This document shows positions 35,173-41,237 of a stretch of 41,237 bases of DNA, one piece after another. Both the position numbers and the translations under genes were made by a program. The stretch spans positions 1 to 41,237 of the forward strand of contig JBEKLK010000004.1 of assembly GCA_050010235.1 (NCBI GenBank), given 5' to 3'. Each line of letters starts with the position of its first letter. Position 1 is the stretch's first letter. Below the pieces are notes generated by a model. The model did no database searches. It worked only from the letters and a program-made list of their open reading frames with translations, and was not told where the DNA came from. The DNA comes from Rhizomicrobium sp. GTDB lineage: Bacteria > Pseudomonadota > Alphaproteobacteria > Micropepsales > Micropepsaceae.

Positions 35173-35964
35173 TCAGCGCCGGTCCGGCTTGAGCGCCTTT
35201 GCGCGGGCATCGAGATAATCGTAAAGCGCATCGATCTCGTAATCGGCGAAAGCGTGGAACCGGCTGCGCGCGAGCTGCGGCATCGTCCTGAGCACAGCCG
35301 AGACGGCGACGAGATCGGGCACCACGCGCGTTCCCGTCAGGTCCGTGCCGTGGCATTCCCCGCAGGTAACGCGGGCGAGATAATGGCCGCCGTCGTAGCG
35401 CGGGCCCAGATCGAGCGATGACGGGCTTTCCAGCGTGTCCGGCGCGATGGGCGCAAGATCGCCTTCGAGAAGCGCCAGACGCGCGCGCAAATCGAATTGG
35501 GGCTCCGGTCGCGACGGTCCGGCCGGGGCAAGCGTGCGCAGATAGGACACGATCGCGATCACGTCGTCTTCGCTCATATAGGTGTAGTCATAAGACGGCA
35601 TCGCCCAGGTGCTTGTGGCGTCCGGCTTGATGCCGAAGCGGATCGCGCGCTCGAACTCGTCGTCGGGCATCGTTGCGGCCATGAGATTCAGGTTCGAAGA
35701 CCAGACGGGCAGGATCGCGTTCTTGACCAGAAGCCGGCCCTGCAGATCGGCGCCATGGCATCCGCTGCAGCCCGCGATCGCGATCAGGTGCTTGCCGCGC
35801 GCAATCGCTTTGAGCGTCGCAACGGCGTGGACCGTGGAGGACGGCAGCGGATAGCGGCGCTGAATGATCGCTTCGGATTCGACATAGACATACGCCGGAA
35901 CGAGGACAGCAACGAGAACCACGGCGCCCGCGACGGCGCCGGCCCATTTGAGGACCGGGTTCAT
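35173..35964 (-). CDS. Membrane-anchored di-heme c-type cytochrome
   Basis: N-terminal TM helix; CSGCH and CGECH; candidate distal Met residues in AMPS and TMP. Confidence 0.88.
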   Translation of the reverse strand: MNPVLKWAGAVAGAVVLVAVLVPAYVYVESEAIIQRRYPLPSSTVHAVATLKAIARGKHLIAIAGCSGCHGADLQGRLLVKNAILPVWSSNLNLMAATMPDDEFERAIRFGIKPDATSTWAMPSYDYTYMSEDDVIAIVSYLRTLAPAGPSRPEPQFDLRARLALLEGDLAPIAPDTLESPSSLDLGPRYDGGHYLARVTCGECHGTDLTGTRVVPDLVAVSAVLRTMPQLARSRFHAFADYEIDALYDYLDARAKALKPDRR

Positions 35965-36039
35965 GCGCGTTCCCTGCTCGTTGCGCCCGCGCCAAAGCTA
36001 GTGGCGAAAGCCGCGGTCCGCAAATTGATCGGCGGACCC

Positions 36040-37425
36040 TCAGAACTCGCCGTGGAGCCGCACTGCGAACAAGGACACCGGCCCCCGGTCGCGGTTGTAG
36101 GCGGGGTCGGCGACGAACTGATAATCGAGGGTCGCGGTGAACCAGCTCGCAAGCTTGGCGCTGTAATAGGTTTCGAGCACGTTCTCGAATCCGTAATGGG
36201 GCAATTGACCGTCGCCGATCAGGATTCCGAGGCCGCCGGCCGCGAAATAATTGCGCGCAGCCTGCGAGATTCCGGCGGCTTCCTCCGCGAAGCCAACAGA
36301 ATCGTCCGGCCTGGACCAACCCGCTCCCTTGAGCGACAGGCCGACGGCGACGGAGCGATTGATTTCGGTGAATTCGTACGCCTCCTTGCTGCCGTCATTG
36401 AGACTTGCACGCACAAAAACGCCCAGATTGTCGATCGCTTCCTGTTCGAAATTGAGAGCGCCGCCCGGCCGTGAGGCGTAGTTGCGCACCAGCGCGGTAT
36501 TCGGCGTGGTGTGGGTCAGTTCACCGAATGCGACGGCGTCGTTGTAATCTCCCATCCGGCCGCGATTGAGGAAGCCCAGCAGCTTCAACTTGCCGTCGCG
36601 CCCGAACAGCGTGTGGCGCTCTTCGATTTCGCTCACCAGTTCGAACTGGCTGAAATTGGTTTCGAGATGTTTTTCGTTGGGGACCTTCGAAAGATCGAAC
36701 AATCCTGCACGAAGCGTCCACCAGTCCTGTGTCCACTCGGTGGCGATGCCGTAACTGTAGCCCCACGAATCCGCCGCATAGTCGTAGGCGCCCGAGTCGA
36801 TCACGGCCCAATTGAGGAAGTCGCCGCGCGGATCGTGCGCATAGCTGTTGGTGTCGAAGATGTCGACGGCGGAGATCTTTCCCGCCGTGACGATCAGATT
36901 GTCCGCGGTGCGCTCGCCGCCGAGCTGGTTGGCGTCAGGATCGATTTTTCGGGTTTCTCCACCGAGGTCGAAGGTCTGGCGGAAGAACAGACGCTGCAGT
37001 CGGAAATAAGGGGGAACCGAGCCGACCTTGTAGCCTTCGCCGCTGGGGAATGCCGCGACGCCCAACGTATCGCTGACGCCGAAGCCCTGGTCGATTTCGG
37101 GATTGATGTAGGCTTCGCCGCCATCCCAAAGCCGCAGGCCAGCGAACATCGTCAGGTCGAATGTCTCGTCACCGCGGCTGCCGGGGTCGAGACTGTTCGC
37201 GCCGCGATAGGGGGACGTGAAGGCCGGATGATATTGATCCGTAAAGGTGGTCTGGCCGTGCAGGCTCCAGGTTTCATCCCCGGAGGAATCGCCCTGTGTG
37301 GCGCTCTGCGCCGTCCCGGCCTGCTCGGACTGGGCGAATGCCGCGGTGGAAAGAAGCAGCAGCGATCCGAACACGGACGGGGTCCATGTTCGCGCGATAC
37401 GAGCAAAACTGTTGCGCATGGACAT
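36040..37425 (-). CDS. OprB-family outer-membrane porin resembling the high-affinity Mn2+ porin (MnoP) type
   Basis: Signal peptide, F.SPY.G.NSL, FD.N.YAHDPR.DFLNW, YDYAAD.WGY, P.YN.DRGP and terminal Phe. Confidence 0.82.
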   Translation of the reverse strand: MSMRNSFARIARTWTPSVFGSLLLLSTAAFAQSEQAGTAQSATQGDSSGDETWSLHGQTTFTDQYHPAFTSPYRGANSLDPGSRGDETFDLTMFAGLRLWDGGEAYINPEIDQGFGVSDTLGVAAFPSGEGYKVGSVPPYFRLQRLFFRQTFDLGGETRKIDPDANQLGGERTADNLIVTAGKISAVDIFDTNSYAHDPRGDFLNWAVIDSGAYDYAADSWGYSYGIATEWTQDWWTLRAGLFDLSKVPNEKHLETNFSQFELVSEIEERHTLFGRDGKLKLLGFLNRGRMGDYNDAVAFGELTHTTPNTALVRNYASRPGGALNFEQEAIDNLGVFVRASLNDGSKEAYEFTEINRSVAVGLSLKGAGWSRPDDSVGFAEEAAGISQAARNYFAAGGLGILIGDGQLPHYGFENVLETYYSAKLASWFTATLDYQFVADPAYNRDRGPVSLFAVRLHGEF

Positions 37426-37476
37426 CCCCCGTCTTGGGCGGCGAATGGGGCCGCCGGCGCTCTCTCACAAGAGGTT

Positions 37477-37519
37477 TATACCCCTATGGGTATCTTGCAG
37501 ATATACCCCGGCTGGTATA
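37477..37519. promoter_or_regulatory. Tandem CsoR/RcnR-type operators in the divergent promoter region
   Basis: ATACC-CCTATG-GGTAT (37478-37493) and ATACC-CCGGCT-GGTAT (37503-37518), 25 bp apart. They overlap TGGTATAAC (+) and lie next to TTGACG (-, 37521-37526). Confidence 0.78.
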
Positions 37520-37589
37520 ACGTCAAGACAGGTGACGGCGTTCCCGTCGAATTGCCTGCGACGAATCCTAAACGCCAAGGGTGACAGAA

Positions 37590-37934
37590 ATGAATCGCAA
37601 ATTGCGGGCTGTATCCAGGCAATCCGGTGGAGCTGCAGCGGCGCCAGCGGCAAAATTACCGCATGCATTGCGCGACCGTCGCGGGATGGTCAATCGCGTG
37701 CGGCGGCTTCGCGGACAGGTGGATGCGGTCGAGCGCGCGCTCACCGGCGAAGCAAGCTGCTCGGATCTGATCCAGCGCGTCACCGCGGCGCGCGGCGCGA
37801 TCGACGGACTGATGGCGGAGATCCTGGAAGAGCATGTGCGGGAATATCTGCTGGCCGATGAAGAATTGCCCGCCAAGGATCGGAGGCATGCGGCAGAGGA
37901 ACTGATCGGAATCATCCACTCCTACCTGACCTGA
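37590..37934 (+). CDS. CsoR/RcnR/FrmR-family metal- or formaldehyde-sensing repressor
   Basis: NRVRRLRGQV.AVERAL...C...Q...A.RGA..GLM.E....H and C-terminal SYL. Confidence 0.9.
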   Translation: MNRKLRAVSRQSGGAAAAPAAKLPHALRDRRGMVNRVRRLRGQVDAVERALTGEASCSDLIQRVTAARGAIDGLMAEILEEHVREYLLADEELPAKDRRHAAEELIGIIHSYLT

Positions 37935-37960
37935 CGAACCTCGCACTCTCGGAAGCGATT

Positions 37961-38689
37961 ATGGCCGGAATTTTCAATACCTCTTTGCCCGTCGATCTGG
38001 TTGCGATCGTTGCGCGGCTCGGGCTTGCGCTCCTGTTGGGTGCGTCGATCGGCTTCGAGCGCCAGTGGCGGCAGAAGACCGCAGGCCTCAGGACCAATGC
38101 GCTTGTCGCGCTGGGCGCGAGCGGATTCGTGGTTTTCGGGAGCCTGATCGGACGTGGCGATCCGATGCCGATCGCGGCCCAGATCGTCACCGGCATCGGC
38201 TTCCTCGGCGCGGGCATCATCCTGCGCGAGGGAATCAATGTGCTGGGCCTCAATACCGCGGCGACGTTGTGGTGCTCGGCGATGGTCGGCACTTTTTCGG
38301 GCGGGGGTTATTATCTGCCGAGCGTGATTGCGACGACCTTCGTCATCGCCACCAATCTTTTTCTGCGTCCGTTGGTGCGCCTGCTCAATCGGCAGAGCCT
38401 GACCGCGACCAATGCCGAGACACAATACAGCGTGGAAGTCACTTGCAAGGGCACCGAGGAAGCGCACATGCGATCGCTGCTGCTCCATTCGCTGTCCCAG
38501 GCGGGGCTCGGTCTTCGGCGCATCGACAGCGAGGATATCGCGGATACCTCGAAGGTGACGGTCACGGCCCAAGCCGTTGCGGCCGCGCGGAACGATGGCG
38601 CTCTGGAGCAGATCGTCGGACGGCTCAGTCTCGAGCCTTATGTGTCGGCTGCGACGTGGCAGATCGACCGCACGATCTCGGACGGATAA
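37961..38689 (+). CDS. mgtC: MgtC/SapB-family membrane protein with ACT-like C-terminal domain
   Basis: IGFERQ...AGLRTNALVA.G, AQIV.GIGFLGAG and GLNTAATLW. Confidence 0.9.
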   Translation: MAGIFNTSLPVDLVAIVARLGLALLLGASIGFERQWRQKTAGLRTNALVALGASGFVVFGSLIGRGDPMPIAAQIVTGIGFLGAGIILREGINVLGLNTAATLWCSAMVGTFSGGGYYLPSVIATTFVIATNLFLRPLVRLLNRQSLTATNAETQYSVEVTCKGTEEAHMRSLLLHSLSQAGLGLRRIDSEDIADTSKVTVTAQAVAAARNDGALEQIVGRLSLEPYVSAATWQIDRTISDG

Positions 38690-38710
38690 GAGCGTCGCGT
38701 TGATCGCGGC

Positions 38711-39274
38711 TCAGGTGGCGAGATTGATCGTCGTAGAGGCGCGGGGAAGCATATACAGCGACGAATAGAGGCTGATCGTTCCCATATTGACGTAATCGAT
38801 CAGTGGCGTGTAGGCGTAAGTCGTTTCGCCGAAAACCAGAAAACCGCCGGGCGTGTCGAGAGCGGCCGGAAGCGTGACTGTCGAGCCGACCGTTCGGGCA
38901 GAGCCGCTGGGAAGCGCCTGGCTCCAGGCCACTGTGGCCACGCCGGTGGAACTGATCGTGATGCCGGACACGACGACCGTCGCATTCGTCGTGGTATAGG
39001 GCGTCATAACCTGCACCGATGCATTGAGGATATCGGGCATCTGCTGGCTGGCGCTGATGGTCGTATATTGCGAGACGACATTCGTGACGGTGCTTGCCGT
39101 GAGCGAAACCTGGCGTTTGATGGAGAGCGCCTGCGTCAGCTCGAAGCCGCCAAGATAGATCAACACCATGACGGGCAGAATCAGCGCGAACTCGACGGCG
39201 CTCATTCCCCGTTGATCGGCGATCAGGTTGCAGCGCCCCGAAAACCAGCGATGTAATCTTGCACCCAAAGTCAT
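38711..39274 (-). CDS. TadE/TadG-family pseudopilin
   Basis: Prepilin motif RG|MSAVEFALILP. Confidence 0.88.
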   Translation of the reverse strand: MTLGARLHRWFSGRCNLIADQRGMSAVEFALILPVMVLIYLGGFELTQALSIKRQVSLTASTVTNVVSQYTTISASQQMPDILNASVQVMTPYTTTNATVVVSGITISSTGVATVAWSQALPSGSARTVGSTVTLPAALDTPGGFLVFGETTYAYTPLIDYVNMGTISLYSSLYMLPRASTTINLAT

Positions 39275-39289
39275 GACATCGAGCCCTTG

Positions 39290-39850
39290 TCAGTACGGTT
39301 CGTTGCGGAAAACCGCCGTGGCCACAAGCAGACGCGAATTACCGTTCATGTTCGAAAGGCTGAACCCGAGCGGCGCCGTGTACACCGGCCATTGATAAAA
39401 GACCTGGACGAGTTCGATGTCGCCTTGAGTTCCAATGCTGTAGTTCATCGAACTGCTGTTGAAAGTGCCGCCCGAAAGCGGATTGAGCTGCGACACCGAA
39501 GAGAAAGACGAAAACGTCTGTACATTGACGTAGATGCCTGAGCAGCTGAACAGGGTCGCGGCGTCCGCGCAGACTGCCTGCTGGAATTGCGTGGCCGTCA
39601 TGGCGCCGCTCTGCGCCTGGCCCGTCATGATCAACCGCGCCGCCTGGGTGGTCGCGGACTGGAGGACCTGCTGGGCGAAAAAGACCAGCGCGGTTTCCAA
39701 AATCGCGAACAGCAGTGCAAAAAACGGCGCCGCCACCATGGCGAATTCGACCGCTGCATTTCCGTCCTGACGACGGAGCAGCTGATGCGGTCCGCGCGCG
39801 CGCAGAAGCCGCCTCAGGCGCACTGGAAATCTCGATCTAAACCCCGGCAT
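39290..39850 (-). CDS. TadE-family pseudopilin
   Basis: G|NAAVEFAMVA.PF and C-terminal FRNEPY; ATG 39850 follows GAGG. Confidence 0.88.
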   Translation of the reverse strand: MPGFRSRFPVRLRRLLRARGPHQLLRRQDGNAAVEFAMVAAPFFALLFAILETALVFFAQQVLQSATTQAARLIMTGQAQSGAMTATQFQQAVCADAATLFSCSGIYVNVQTFSSFSSVSQLNPLSGGTFNSSSMNYSIGTQGDIELVQVFYQWPVYTAPLGFSLSNMNGNSRLLVATAVFRNEPY

Positions 39851-40039
39851 GGCCTGACACCTCGGCACCGCCGATCCCGTTTCTTCCGGACCAGTGTTAC
39901 GCGCCAGCTATTATCAACCGGTTCGTTTCGGATGAGCGATTGCATGCTAAAGATTCAGCAATTGCTAACCGTATTTCGAAGTGACATGCCGGACCGGCAA
40001 CGGGGCGCGCGCCCCCCGAGGCTTCGACTCAGGATGGGA

Positions 40040-41237
40040 TTACTTGGAGAGATAAGCGGATTGGACGGCCAGATCGAACAGATCGGAGAGCGCAGCCGAA
40101 ATATCGCCGTCCGTCGTCACTTCGTAGTAGAGCCCCGGCGAGGCGCAATTCTGCAACTGCGTGCCGATATTCGGCTGAATGGGCGCGACGTAATCGGTGT
40201 ACCAGCTATTGGATCCTGAGCCGGACGTGTTGAGGGGCAGGTATTCCGTGTAAAGAACCGCAATCCGAATGCCGCGGTTTTTTATGGTGGTGCACCAATT
40301 GGTGTCCGGCATGTTTCCCGAGCTGGTTTCCGGATTGACGGTCGATTGCTGGCGGCTTCCAGTGTAGCTGCCATAAGCCGTGCTGATCGCGGGCGTGCTG
40401 CTGACGCCCTCATCGACAACGCCGTCGGTGACGATGAACAGCACTTCCTGCGGCGTATCTCCCGTTGTGTTCGTGCCGCTGCCGGGATTGGGCATCGCCG
40501 TATTGATTTTCGTCATGGCGTTGTCCCAGTTCGTGTCCTCGTCGTTGTTGGCGGTCGACGATGTCAGATTGTTGTTGTCGTACACCTCCAGCAGACTGAC
40601 GTTCGAGGCGTCGGATTCCACGGTCGAGAGATTCGACGTCATCGCGGCGATTGTGTTGAGGCTCACATCGAAGGTGTAGATGGCCATCTGGTAACTGGCC
40701 GTGCTGCCGGTTTCGGTTGTTTTCGCCGTCGTCGCAAGGTTTTCCGCGGCCGTTCTGAGATTGTCGATGCGCAACGTGATGCTGTTGTTTTTCGCCAGAG
40801 TGTAGTTGTCTTCGCCGCCGGGATTGCCGAGGTTATCGGTTGAGGGGTGCGATTCATGGCACGCGAACGCGCATGAGCCCTCGGTGGTGCTCGACGTGAG
40901 GCTGTTCATCTGGGTGATGCCGGCGGAGGTCGCCGGGATCGCCATGGACGGCGAATCATCCAGGAGAAGATAGAAGTTGATGTTGGGCGCCAGCCCCGCC
41001 GTCGCCTGCGACGTGCCGCCAATGGGAATCGTCGGCATTCCAAGCACATTGGGAAACGTGTTGACCGATGCGGCGGCGTAAGTGACTGTGGCCGTGCGCA
41101 CGGCGCCTGAAGTGGCGATCGTTACAGTCACGTTACCCGCACTGTAATTCGTGTTCGCGACCTGGGAGGCCTGCGCGTTGAACGTATTGACCGCCTGCGA
41201 TTGCGCGGCGGCAACCGTCCCTGCCATCATCGTCGGC
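40040..41237 (-). CDS. TadG-like pilus protein with vWA domain (5' end outside the window)
   Basis: LLLDDSPSM (DxSxS MIDAS), IVTDG, C..IK.RGI.I and L..CAS; upstream of two tadE genes. Confidence 0.85.
   Translation of the reverse strand, partial: PTMMAGTVAAAQSQAVNTFNAQASQVANTNYSAGNVTVTIATSGAVRTATVTYAAASVNTFPNVLGMPTIPIGGTSQATAGLAPNINFYLLLDDSPSMAIPATSAGITQMNSLTSSTTEGSCAFACHESHPSTDNLGNPGGEDNYTLAKNNSITLRIDNLRTAAENLATTAKTTETGSTASYQMAIYTFDVSLNTIAAMTSNLSTVESDASNVSLLEVYDNNNLTSSTANNDEDTNWDNAMTKINTAMPNPGSGTNTTGDTPQEVLFIVTDGVVDEGVSSTPAISTAYGSYTGSRQQSTVNPETSSGNMPDTNWCTTIKNRGIRIAVLYTEYLPLNTSGSGSNSWYTDYVAPIQPNIGTQLQNCASPGLYYEVTTDGDISAALSDLFDLAVQSAYLSK

Overview
High-GC alphaproteobacterial chromosomal window with about 40 genes. 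No rRNA, tRNA, CRISPR array, transposase or prophage was seen. From left to right: (i) fabA-fabB-fabI followed by DUF4893, GNAT and VOC genes, divergent from an Irr-type Fur-family regulator; perfect ICE boxes lie upstream of irr and upstream of a rubrerythrin / Fe-S oxidoreductase / DUF3501 operon; (ii) a ~15 kb run of catabolic or detoxification enzymes (FAD monooxygenase, HAD, SDR, TauD, MBL hydrolase, two GSTs, carboxylesterase, Zn-ADH, amidase, LLM monooxygenase, GFA, isochorismatase, acyl-CoA ligase), in which two promoter regions share the operator CTGACAWTATGTCAT; (iii) a TetR-HlyD-ABC efflux operon with an apparently leaderless promoter, then GT2, CHAP, Kup, a secreted esterase and an RlmI-like methyltransferase; (iv) a divergon in which two CsoR-type operators sit between an OprB/MnoP-like porin (followed by a di-heme cytochrome c) and an atypical RcnR/FrmR-family repressor plus MgtC, the best candidate for an uncharacterised system; (v) tadG-tadE-tadE. 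Intergenic spaces carry at least three families of short palindromic elements, one apparently inserted into another with a TTGA duplication. All calls come from motif reading only; no database search was run.
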